Shown here in pieces: positions 1-12,500 of a DNA stretch of 64,000 nt (positions are counted from its first letter, which is position 1; each line of letters starts with the position of its first letter). The position numbers and the translations under genes are program-made. The DNA is from Macrostomum hystrix (lineage: Eukaryota > Animalia > Platyhelminthes): assembly GCA_950097015.1 (NCBI GenBank), contig CATNEN010000039.1:14942001-15006000 (forward strand), written 5' to 3'. Under the pieces are notes generated by a model. It was not told where the DNA came from and searched no databases. It worked only from the letters and a program-made list of their open reading frames with translations.

Positions 1-241
1 AGATCCACTACCACATCCACTGCCACATCCACTACCAGATCCACTACCAGATCCACTACCACATCCACTGCCACATCCACTACCAGATCCACTACCAGAT
101 CCACTACCAGATCCACTACCAGATCCACTGCAACATCCACTACCAGATCCACTACCAGATCCACTGCCACATCCACTACCAGATCCACTGCCACATCAAC
201 TACCAGATCCACTGCCACATCAACTACCAGATCCACTGCCA
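1..241. repeat. 12-bp minisatellite (AGATCCACTACC / ACATCCACTGCC variants), ~20 copies, truncated by window start
   Basis: Directly visible tandem units. Confidence 0.95.
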
Positions 242-1690
242 TATCTAGCATTTAGCTACTATCAATCATGTTCATGATTGGGCAATAATAATAATAATAT
301 TAAACTAGGTAATTTAAATTTAGCCAGTAGCTTAGTCAAGTAAAAGTAGAAACTCTAATAGTGAAGTCAATTAACTTAGAGCAGTGAGAAAGGAAAAAAT
401 GCGAGCTTTTTAAAGTTTTTTTAATTTTTAGTCTCGCTAAATTTCCACTAGAGTATTTTTATGAAGTGAACTAAAAGTGAAAATTATAATAAAAAATTAT
501 CGCTTTTCAAAGTTCAAAGTTTTCATAAACAAATCGCACTAGAACGGTTACAACACTTATATTTTTACACACTTGAATGCGCCAAAAGAACACAACATAA
601 TTTTTGACGTCTAAAAATTTTAAAATTTAATTAATACTTATTAGATAGAAAAGCATGCAGGAGAGGTATGCAAGGTTAAAACTAGAAGCATGTGGGTTTG
701 TTGCGTAAGGTGTACTGGCCCAAACCTTTTAATTAAACAAGTAGAATCGGCAAAGCTTTTGCAAAATCATAATTGAATCACGAGCGAATTATGCGTATTT
801 ATTGCCTTTTTAGCATTTCCTAATAGAACCACTTTGTCCAGCACTTTAATGAGAAGTATTTAGACAAAAAATGCAAATCAAGGACAGCTAAAAAGTTGAC
901 TTTCCTAGGCCCTAGCTTATATAGATTCTAGACCTAAATTGTCCCAGAGTTTATGTCTGAAGTATCACAGTACTACTGCATTTTAAGCTTTATTTCATGA
1001 GTATAAGTAATAGGAAGCTAGCCTTAGCTTTTTATTTTATTTCTTTATTGTATACATGTAGCAAAGTTGTTTATGTAATTGGATTTGAGACAACATTTCT
1101 TAATGACTTAATCTTTGGAAATCAGGGTAAGTAGGGGCCTAATTAACTAGGGCCTAACATATATATTATATTAGTGTTTGCTAGCTATAAAAAATCACAC
1201 TAAAATGGTGTAATTTGGCCTAGCTCTTCTGATTTTAAAGTTCAATAACTTAGAAATAACTAGGCCTTGTTTTTAGACTCTGCAATAGCCAGTTCATTGT
1301 AACCATTATCTATGTTTAAGCTAGCTAGTACTTGTATAATCTAGCTAGCTTGGCAACATAATTTTGAAGGTGGAATCAGACTAGGCTCTAGCCTATGCCT
1401 TGGTTTAGCTAGCTTTTGTTGACTAGGTTCTGGTCTCTTTGTCTCATACATCATACGTCTCCGTGGATACGCGAATTCAAATCCATTTGAAAAATAATAT
1501 CGCGAACGAAACCTCAACATTGCCTAGATTTCTAGTATATTAATAGATTATCAGCAGATTTTTTAGTTCTTTGAATAATTCAAATGGATTTGTACTTTTT
1601 GATTTGTGTGAAAGGAAAGTTAAACTCACTGTTCAAATATAGCACACTAGTTATGAGAATAACAGACTGATATCTTACATGTACTTTTAT

Positions 1691-1952
1691 TATACATGCA
1701 CAACCTCCCAAATCTTAGCCGGCCGTGCGACTTAGTTTTTGCTCTATTTACAACTTAGTTCGTTTCATTGCTCTTTTTATGACTTAGTTTGCTCTTATTT
1801 GCTCACTTTTTTTCTTCCTTTTTTCCTCTTCATCACACCTTCTTTTTTTGTCCCTTGGTCCCCCCTTTGACTTTTTTCCACTTGGTTGATTGGTTTTTGC
1901 GACTTACTTTGCTTGGCCCTCGTTTGACCTGGCTGGGTGTTGCACATGTATA
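1691..1952 (+). mobile_element. hAT-type MITE, diverged copy 1 (family TIR CATACATGCGCAAC)
   Basis: Homologous to copies at 54960 and 57708; termini TATACATGCACAAC...GTTGCACATGTATA; flanked by direct repeat TACTTTTAT. Confidence 0.85.
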
Positions 1953-2689
1953 TACTTTTATGCTTTTATGATGGGCCTAGCATACTTTTTGTAGAGAAAA
2001 GTGTGAGATTAAAGCTATATTGTTATAGGGCTTATGGCTCTACTTTTCTCTTTCTTGGTAGCATATTCTTCTGGCCTCTTTTGTTCCTTATTTCTCTCTC
2101 TAACTCCTTGTATTCTCCCTAACCTTTTCTTGGTGACCCTGAAAAGGGCCATTTAACTCAATAACTCTTACATTGTGAGCTTCCCTTAAGGTAGCGCTTT
2201 TGCACTGGCACAAGTGGTTTATTTTTCTAAGGCACTGGTCTCTTATTCTCCAGGATTAGAGGGTCACAGCCTCAATCTCTGTCTTATCTCTACAATGGAC
2301 AATATCCCTAATGGAAAAAACTAATTAAAAACTAATTAAAAACTAATTAAAAAAATTAAAAAAACTAATTAAAAAAAGCTGCAGACATTCCTGCTAGGGG
2401 CACAGTTGGTTTCAAGAAAAATAGTGCAAATTCACAATGGCTATATATATTCAGTCTGACTCAACGTGGTGATTGATTTCCTGATAATCTGTCAAAAGAC
2501 CTTTTTGATCTCCATAGTGTATTTCTATAATTAGAACAGCTAAGGTTGTCTTTTCGCACTCGGACACTGTGGAGGCATGTAGTTGGGTTTGCGAATAAAT
2601 GTGTTCCCCTCCATAAAAAAAATTCTGTAACTGTGCCTGGCTAGAGTCGCACATACATGTACATGTAAGTTTATTTTAATATTTTTTGT

Positions 2690-5600
2690 CACAGACCAAG
2701 AAATATAACTAGACTGCACATCCCACATTTCTTGTTTGGGCTTGTTTTTAACCAAATGACAGTGGAAAAATGGTTCCTCTCTCCTTACTCGAAAACAATC
2801 GATAATTGTGCTTGGGCAAGAAGTTAGGGTACAGGCCTGCTTTTCTTTCCGCCTGCGTTGATATGTAGAGCTCTATATATTAAAGTGCTCTGGGGCCAAA
2901 AATATAAACTTATAAAACACATACTTGAAATACAAAGCAAGCTGCTTCAGTCTAATCTAAATCAATCCTCACCAAATCGAACTGCCATGGAAGAATCTAA
3001 TTCTTCAAAACTGCCTAGCAGAATAAAAGTCATGGCAGCTTTTGCTGTGCTCTAGGCTGCTCGAACAACTCGTCAATGTCTCCGGCAGTGTCCTTCCATT
3101 TTTTTCCAAATGGACACCGAAACGAAGAGAAAGTGGTTGGTTGCGCTCCGACGCAAGGAGTTCAAACCATCGGCGACCACCCAAGTCTGCTCGGTCCACT
3201 TTGCAGAGTCTTGCTTCAAGGAACTGCAACTAGCCGGCTTTCTGCCCACCACAAGAAGGCGGCTGTATCCAAATGCTGTTCCTTCTATCTTCCCGACGCT
3301 CCCTGACCGCCTGCAGCCTGTTGAAAAGAAGCGAAAAACAGCCACCGCCGCCGCCGCTGCTCAGGAAGTTGACTTTGCTGCATTTTTGAAAGCGCCGGAA
3401 TGTAGCAAGACGAAGGCTCAGCCAACTGACACGGAGGCAGATGAACCAGAACAACCCCTACAACAACTGCATGCCAACTGTGTGGCCAGAGAACAATTCG
3501 AAGAAAAGGTGAGTCCTAAAAAACCTGAGGTGACAGATACAATAGGCTTTTGGCTGCTCATAAGAGATCTAAGAAAAGTGCTAAGGCCATTGAAATCCTG
3601 CGTCGGACGGTACAGAGCAAGTACAGAAAAATTCGATCTCTGCGCTCAAAGCACATGCAAATTAAACAGAGAGCCAAAACATTGAAGGACGCAATTCTGG
3701 ATCTAAAGGCCAAGTGCATCTTAAACGAAGCAGCGGCATCTCGATTGAATTTCTTGACATCCGATTCACTGCTGAGCAGCATCGTGCCTTGCAATAGAAA
3801 AAGGACAAAGAGGTTCTCTGACAAAGTGCGCAAATTCGCCTCTACATTGCATTTCTATAGTCCAAAGGCTTATGAGTATGTACGAAAGTACTTTCAGCTT
3901 CCACGTCCTGCGTGACTTAGAAAATGGCTCTCAAATGCAAAGTGCTTTCCAGGGTTTTGCGATCAGGCTTTCCAGGAACTTTCGCGGCGACGCAGCTCCA
4001 CTGACGGCCAAGCCTTTGACTATAGTGCAACGTTGTTGCTGATGAAATATCGCTGGAGTCGATGATTGAATGGAATTCAAGCGAAGGTATGTTTTTTGGC
4101 TACGTTGACAAAGGTGATGGCAAACCAAGTGATCAGGAGGCATCTTCGGCACTGGTAGTGATGGCAGTGGGGCTTAAGAGCTATTGGAAGCTGCCTTTAT
4201 GGTATTTTCTAGTGAATGGAGTTGACGGCGAATTTCTTTCGAGCGTTGTAGAGGAATCCATTCAGCGACTGTACTAGGTTGGTGTCATAGCAACATCATT
4301 CACATGCGATGGAACTCAGCACAACATTCGAGCGATCGAACTCCTTGGCTCCAGGATAAGTTCTCTGAACGAGGTCGTCGCCTGCTTCCCGCACCCCTGC
4401 GATCCTAGCATTCAGGTTGCAGCCTTCCTGGATGTGCCTCATATGTTAAAGCTGATTCGCAATCAGTGGCAGTCACTGGGAAGATTTGTTTCGCCGAACA
4501 GAGGAAATATTGAATAGAAATATGTTTCCATGTTGCAGCAAGTTCAAGAAAGTCATGGACTCCGACTTGGAAACAAGTTAAGCAGGCATCACATTAACTT
4601 TGCTAATTTAAAGATGAAGGTCTATTTGGCATCACAACTGTTTAGCAAGTCAGTGGCCGACTCTTTGCGATGGGTGCATCAGCAAGGTGTGATCAGATTT
4701 GAGCACTCTGATGTGCTAGTCACCGCAGATTTCGTTGAGCACATAAATGATTTGTTCAAAGCTTTTAATTCCAAGCGGCTGGTCAGTTATGGCGCCAAAA
4801 TGGCTCTTAGAGCTGACAATCAGTCGGATTGGATCGATTTCTTCTCTAGCTCGATCGAACTTCTCTGTAGCCTTGAAACTCCGGCTGGCTGCAAGATAGT
4901 AGAAACCGCAAAGAAGACTGGCTTCCTAGGCTTCATCACCAACTGCCATGGAATTATGGAGCTCGCTAAGTATTTATTTTCGACTGGCGAATTCTTCTTT
5001 CTTTGCACTTACAAGCTTTCGCAGGATTTTTTCGAACTGTTTTTTAATGCAGTAAGGCTACGAAATGGCTGGAACCATAACCCAACGCCCACGCAATTTC
5101 GCTCAGCATTCAGGCAGCTGTTGGTACATGCCGGAGGTGGAATTCTACAGTCCGTGAGTCCGAATGTGAGGCAGCAGGATGCCACTATTCAGTTATCATT
5201 GTCTTGTCTGCCATCATCATCGGGACAGCAGCCATGGAAGCAGATGAAAGCTCAAAATGAAATGGGACTGAGTCTGGGTTCAATCCAACACTGCAAGAAT
5301 GCATCGGTGTGTGAAATTTGCCAGTCCATCGTGTGCTATATCGCAGAAGCGGTCGTCCAAAGAATGATGAAAGCAGTTGAATGTGCTGTGTGCAGGTCAG
5401 CTCTGATCGCAAGCTCTGAGACGCCAGGAGCTTCACGCGGACCATGCTCACTCGTTGCCATAAAAAAATTTTTGCACAAGGAAGGAACTTGCGGCCTGAT
5501 TTTTCCTAGCAGCAATGTCCTGCGGGTGCTGCTCAATGCAGAGACTGTTGTTCGGCATGCCAGCTACAGCAGCGGATTCTCTAGTGCTGTAGCTGTTCAG

Positions 5601-6189
5601 GAGATTCTGCGCATGTCAATCGATCTGTTCCCTAAACTGGACTCACATTCGGCATCCGCGAGTATCAGCATTGAGTCTCACAAGCTGCATTTGATTAGAG
5701 TAATGGCTATGCTTTTTATAAATATTCGAATGAAGAAGCTGGCTAAGGATCTTTCACGCGCTGGAAGAAAACCCGGCAAAAGGCAAAGGCTGCTTCAAAC
5801 AGCGATTTTTCTTAATTTGTAATCAGTGTATTCGCATATGGAGCCTGCTAAGTTATGGCTTCAATGCATTCTGTTTAAGCTTATTCCCGTGATAAACTAT
5901 ATATTTGCCATTAAATGCGTGCAAAAAATTCATTCTAGATAAATTAAAAATGAATCTGTAGTTCTTAATTTGTTAATCTTATTTCTTACTGAGTCTGAAT
6001 TTTCACTAGTTACAAACATAAAGAAAAAAGAGACCCCGACAAGCTGAGTTGGCTGAGGGTAAGAAGAAAGGCCCGGGCACAATTATCGATCGTGGGGGAG
6101 TGGGAACTGGGGTGCCACTTTTCCTACTAGGAAAAAGGCACAACTTTTTTTACCCTCATGCGCAGTCTAGTTATATTTCTTGGTCTGTG
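2690..6189 (+). mobile_element. P-superfamily (THAP9-like) DNA transposon, decayed
   Basis: 32-bp TIR CACAGACCAAGAAATATAACTAGACTGC(A/G)CAT with CA...TG ends; internal inverted repeat at 2798-2817 / 6071-6090; no TSD recognisable. Confidence 0.9.
3032..5822 (+). pseudogene. THAP-domain P-element transposase, disrupted
   Basis: THAP motif CCALGC...VSFHFFP...KWL...VCSVHF...AVPSIF; P-transposase motifs YSPKAYEYVR, TCDG, DVPHMLKLIRN, KMKVYLASQLFS, LSQDFFELFF; frameshifts near 3040 and 3105; in-frame stops at ~3913, ~4275, ~4514. Confidence 0.88.
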
Positions 6190-6577
6190 GTAAATGTATA
6201 CCTAAGCGCACAATAGCGTGAATGTATGGCACTGGTGCACACTGCTATACCATGTGCACCTACATGTAGATTTAAATGTATTTTATAATGTGTCGTAATG
6301 TAATAATGTAAGATTTTATACTAAAAACTCACTCTCCACCTCATCTCTGCAACTTCATTAAAACCTTTATTTTCGGTTCGAATAAACAAATAGGTGCAAT
6401 AAATCAAAATAATTATTTACGCGAGAAATTGTTTCTAAGAAACTTTCAAACGGGCCCTATCTCATTTGTAAGTAATTGGTAGTAACAAAATAATTCTGCA
6501 CTTTTTATGGTATAACCATTCACCTAGACAGGAAAATACTGTTTTATTCAATGATTTGATAATCCTGCCTTGATTAG

Positions 6578-9500
6578 AAGCGGACGCACCTGAACAGCAA
6601 CAGCTTCTCCAGCAGCCGCTAGCACGCCTACCAGCATGTGCACATGCGATTGTACACTACTGCAATCATACAGAGGCGCACAGAGACAACTTTGCTGCAA
6701 TGATTTGCCTGCAGGAATTACACAAAAGCCTGCAGTTGGTTACGCCAGCGTGTCAGCATGCTGTGTGGCTGCTTAAATACAACCTGACCCATGATTCTCG
6801 ATTTGAAGTGGCCGCGAATGGCATCTGCGGGGTGAGAATACATTAAACAAACAAAATTCCGTTTCATACAACGAAAAAATGATCATAAACGAAATTATAA
6901 GGATTTAAAATTATTATTTGTTAGTGGCCTAACGAAGCCAAAGTGATTCGATAGCAATCTGGTAGCGTTGGTTCTTTATTATTTCAAATACCCACTGTCT
7001 AATTGACGACAGCTCCCAAACCGAATGACCGATTTTCGTGAAAGTACACTATCTGAATTAAAACTTTCCGCCCTTTACGATGAACTAACTATTAAGGCTG
7101 TACGAGCAAGTTTCGTCGAGATATTCAGCGATTCTTGTCAGAGTCCCTGACTCTCTGGCGACAAGGCAACTAACATTGCTCTACATACACCTCTTTGGCG
7201 AATCCGTATTGGTTCAAAAATTCTATTTAATCCATCCAATCTAGCGAACAATGATAAAACATATATGAAATTTTGTCAGCAAAAAATCTTGCCGAACTGT
7301 GATATTTTTGCTACCGGACACCACGACAATAATCGTCGACAACATCTCGACAATGCTGATGTTTTGGAATTCTAGAAGTTGTTTAATCGGATAGAGCGGA
7401 AAAATAAGGCCCGATTTCTGGATGTTCATGACGACTGGTTGAATATTTTAGGAAATACAGAAAAATAGAAAAAAATATGGCTATTAGGATTGGCTGTGGA
7501 CTGGGGCACGAATAAGGACACGGGTTGTTTATTTGCGGCCGAAATTGTAAATTGCAACGTCTCGGCAGATGCCCGAGGCTCTGGCTGCTGAGCTAAAAGC
7601 TGCCCTTTCTGCCTGCCCTTCCACAGTCGGAATTTTCCAATCAGCCGGCCTGCGACTCGCTCTTGCACGGCCGCGGCCTTCGACTCGCCTGCCTGTCTGA
7701 GCGGCTCCTCCTAGCCGGCGACCGAGCCAGGCCGGACTGTCAAAGCTTTCTTAGCCGGCTAACTGATCTTACATTCGTTACCGATTTTCTACCGGCCGGC
7801 CAATTCATCGACGCCTGCCTAAGTGACATTCGGCGACACGACTGCGGTAGGCTGTCGCCGCCTGGACTGGCAAATAACAGTCGGACACGACTGCACAGTC
7901 AGGCGCCTGTTGTTGATTGTCTTCTAATCAGCAACGCAGCTAGTTCGGGACTTGGCCTGAGTTGCAGGGGAGCAATTAGACGATTGATTCAGCTGCAGGT
8001 GCGGCTTGTGTTGCAAATACAAGTTCTGTTATTCTTTATTATCTACCTACCTAATATCTTATGTTGTACCGGTCATCCTGCTAACAATGCGGGATCCGGC
8101 GAACTCCAATATGAAGTCCAAGAATACTAGGTAGTGTAGTAGTAGCGCTGCCACCAGGACGTCAGGACTTTTGCCTTCGGTGAGGTGAAGGATCCTTGGC
8201 CCGAAAAAGAGATAAAGTCACGAAGTCTTGAGAAGCGCACACCGTGCAGAGTTTCAATCGCAGTTAAAGGCTGTCAGTGTCCTGCGTAGCTCGGGTGGTG
8301 GGAGGAAGGCTAAGTTAGTTTCGGGACTTAGCCAGAACTGAGCTTGCGAGCAGTCACACGCAGAGACTGAAGTGGGAACTTAGACACTGATGGCACTGTG
8401 ACTATAACAAGGTCGGAGTATCGCTATTAGAAAAGAACCTAACCGAACAGCTAACAGCTAAGAACGAATACGGGACAAAGAGGTGATGGCTCATCCCTGG
8501 GGGCAGGAGACAGCACACTCAAAGTACAGGCGCGGCCGGGGAAGGGAAGGGTAGAGAGGGACAGACCAGACAACGCCAGAGAGGGCGGGCCGGGCAGCCA
8601 CTCAATGCCAGCAAATGGGACACTTAAGCTACCTTGCAGGTGGGGCTACTGACAGCTAGTGAGACACCAATAGGCCCCTAAGCAGTGGCTCACTACACTT
8701 ATTACCTACTCATCCCCATCAGCCTACTCATCCTCATGAGCCTACTCATCCCCATCAGCCTACTCATCCCCACAGCCTACTCATCCCTATCAGCCTACTT
8801 ATCCTCATGAGCCTACTCACCCCCATGAGCCTACTCAACCCCATGAGCGTAATCATCCCGATGAGCGTACTCATCCCCATGAGTCTACTCATCCCCATGA
8901 GTATACTCATCCCCATCAGCCTACTCATCCCCATCAGCCTACTCATCTACATCAGCCTACTCATCCCCATAAGCCTTCTCATCCCCATGAGCCTACTCAT
9001 CCCCAAAGCCTACTCATCCCCATCAGCCTACTCATCCTCATGAGCCTACTCATCCCCATGAGCCTACTCAACCCCATGAGCCTACTCATCCTCATGAGCT
9101 TGCTCATCCCCATCAGCCTACTCATCCCCATCAGCCTACTCATCCCCATGAGCCTACGCATACCCATGAGCCTACGCATACCCATGAGCCTACTCATTCC
9201 CACTAGCCTTAGAGTAGTAGTACATCTATCTCAGCCTATGAGCCTATCTATGAGATAGATTTATCTATCTCATCTCTGTGGATGAGATGTACTACTTCTT
9301 AGATTTAGATTCCCGATGGCACGGTTACTCGCAGCCCTCTTACCCTACACTAGTTCATCGTTCAAGTTATATAACTTTGTTTCTCTTCTTCAGTCGGACA
9401 AGTTCTACCGCAGCCCCAGACTACTTACGGCATGCCTTGACGACGCAGATCGCTTGTGCCTTCAGGCTACTAGCCAATACGAGCGCGGCATAATTGAGTG

Positions 9501-12500
9501 CCTAGCCCACCCCAATCAGCCGTCCAGTCATTCTCTTAGTCACGACTGCCGCCTAGAGCTGCGTCGTCACCAGGGTCTCGGAAGTTTCGACTATCAACAT
9601 CGGCGTCGCTTTGTTACAGCCTGCCGCTCCGACGCGTCCAAGCTGAGCTGCAGCGCCGGCAGAAGCTTGGATACGCGCTTCAAGTCCTCTGATTGGCTGG
9701 CCTGCTTTGGCGCGTCTGTCAGAGGCGCTGTGCCTGCCTGCAGGCAGCGGACGCTTCAGGTAAGCCAAATCTTCAGTTTGAGAATGTTATTAGTCATGAT
9801 GTATCCTAGATCCTGGATGTCGTTTGTCTTAATTCTTTGGTTGGGGGTTACGCTGTCTTACGATGGAGACTTCATAAGCTCTTGACCCTAGACTGAGGAT
9901 TTCCTAGACTTGGACCATACCAGATTCTTGGGATTTCCTATGCTTTGGCCATACCAGATTCTTGGGATTTCCTAGACTTGGGCCATGTCAGATTCTTGGG
10001 ATTTCCTAGACTTGGGCCATGTCAGATTCTTGGGATTTTCTAGACTTAAAAATATCTTGTAAAAACCGCCAACCACAAGCAGCTTCGATCTGCTCTACTA
10101 TCTGATCCCGGTGGCGACTCAGACGTTCTGAACTCGTGCGTGCAGGAGCTAGCCAGTTGTCGGTCGGTTCAGCAAGGGCAGCATAATTCTAAGCCGTGGC
10201 TTAGCGAAATTGATAAAATTCTGTGCATTGCTAGAGCGGCAGCCATTACCGCAGTCTCTGCTGCGGGGCCTGCTCCTTGCCGATGGGCCGTTGGCAAACT
10301 GCTGCGATCTTTGAGCCGGGCCAGTCCTTTTCAGACAGCATTCGGTCAGCTGGCTGCGGCTTGTCTGGATGAGCTGAGCGACCTCTCCGTGGGGTGAGAT
10401 ACTGGCCCGCCATGCTGCTGAGACTGTGGGGTGAGATACTGGCCCGCCATGCTGCTGAGACTGTGGGGTGAGATACTGGCCCGCCATGCTGCTGAGACTG
10501 TGGCGTGTGAGATACTGGCCTGCCATGCTGCTGAGACTGTGGGGTGAGATACTGGCCCGCCATGCTGCTGAGACTGTGGGGTGAGATACTGGCCCGCCAT
10601 GCTGCTGAGACTGTGGGGTGAGATACTGGCCCGCCATGCTGCTGAGACTGTGGGGTGAGATACTGGCCCGCCATGCTGCTGAGACTGTGGGGTGAGATAC
10701 TGGCCCGCCATGCTGCTGAGACTGTGGGGTGGGATACTGGCCCGCCATGCTGCTGAGACTGTGGGGTGGGATACTGGCCCGCCATGCTGCTGAGACTGTG
10801 GGGTGGGATACTGGCCCGCCATGCTGCTGAGACTGTGGGGTGAGATACTGGCCCGCCATGCTGCTGAGTCTGTGGGGTGAGATACTGGCCCGCCATGCTG
10901 CTGAGACTGTGGGGTGAGATACTGGCCTGCCATGCTGCTGAGACTGTGGGGTGAGATACTGGCCCGCCATGCTGCTGAGACTGTGGGGTGAGATACTGGC
11001 CCGCCATGCTGCTGAGACTGTGGGGTGAGATACTGGCCTGCCATGCTGCTGAGACTGTGGGGTGAGATACTGGCCTGCCATGCTGCTGAGACTGTGGGGT
11101 GAGATACTGGCCTGCCATGCTGCTGAGACTGTGGGGTGAGATACTGGCCCGCCATGCTGCTGAGACTGTGGGGTGGGATACTGGCCCGCCATGCTGCTGA
11201 GACTGTGGCGTGTGAGATACTGGCCTGCCATGCTGCTGAGACTGTGGGGTGAGATACTGGCCTGCCATGCTGCTGAGACTGTGGGGTGAGATACTGGCCC
11301 GCCATGTTGCTGAGACTGTGGGGTGAGAGACTGGCCCGCCATGCTGCTGAGACTGTGGGGTGAGATACTGGCCCGCCATGCTGCTGAGACTGTGGGGTGA
11401 GATACTGGCCCGCCATGCTGCTGAGACTGTGGGGTGAGAGACTGGCCCGCCATGCTGCTGAGACTGTGGGGTGAGATACTGGCCTGCCATGCTGCTGAGA
11501 CTGTGGGGTGAGATACTGGCCTGCCATGCTGCTGAGACTGTGGGGTGAGATACTGGCCCGCCATGCTGCTGAGACTGTGGGGTGAGATACTGGCCTGCCA
11601 TGCTGCTGAGACTGTGGGGTGAGATACTGGCCCGCCATGCTGCTGAGACTGTGGGGTGAGATACTGGCCTGCCATGCTGCTGAGACTGTGGCGTGTGAGA
11701 TACTGGCCCGCCATGCTGCTGAGACTGTGGGGTGAGATACTGGCCTGCCATGCTGCTGAGACTGTGGGGTGAGATACTGGCCCGCCATGCTGCTGAGACT
11801 GTGGGGTGAGATACTGGCCTGCCATGCTGCTGAGACTGTGGGGTGAGATACTGGCCTGCCATGCTGCTGAGACTGTGGGGTGAGATACTGGCCCGCCATG
11901 CTCCTGAGACTGTGGGGTGAGATACTGGCCTGCCATGCTGCTGAGACTGTGGGGTGAGATACTGGCCCGCCATGCTGCTGAGACTGTGGGGTGAGATACT
12001 GGCCCGCCATGCTCCTGAGACTGTGGGGTGAGATACTGGCCTGCCATGTTGCTGTGTGCTAGATAACAGATCTATTATTAACCATGCACTGCACCGCAGG
12101 TGCATCAAAGCTGGCACGCTGGAGCAGGCGCAGTCCTGTTTAAGCGGCCAGCGCTTGTCGCCTAAATGCGATGAGCGGCTAGCCCTGCTGCTGTTCTTCC
12201 AGTCTGGTAGCCTTGGAAACCGGCTAGGCTGGCATGTGGGGGCCTCTTCATGCGGCCAGCCCTGTATTTCAACCGGCTTAGTCAATGGCAACGAGACTTC
12301 AGCTGATACCGCCGCGGTGTCTGCCTGCCTATACAGAAGTCTTCTAGCTAATGAGTGAGGCTTCTGGTGTATTTTCTCCTCTTTTTGTTACATTCTACTC
12401 ACTTAAGCGTCTGTCAGTAGTGCAGTTCAAATCTGTTTTTTTCTGTTCATACAAAAGGTTGCGAAATTTCGTGGCATCAATAAAGGCAAGATTATCATGC

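Noticed and set aside
1789-1971. Hydrophobic Phe-rich small ORFs here and at 55059, 57701 and 57953
   Set aside because: Translations of the pyrimidine-rich interior of the hAT MITE.
10149-12291. Three long minus-strand ORFs (554-681 aa)
   Set aside because: Artefacts of a stop-free 37-bp repeat read in all frames; antisense to a GLG1 intron.
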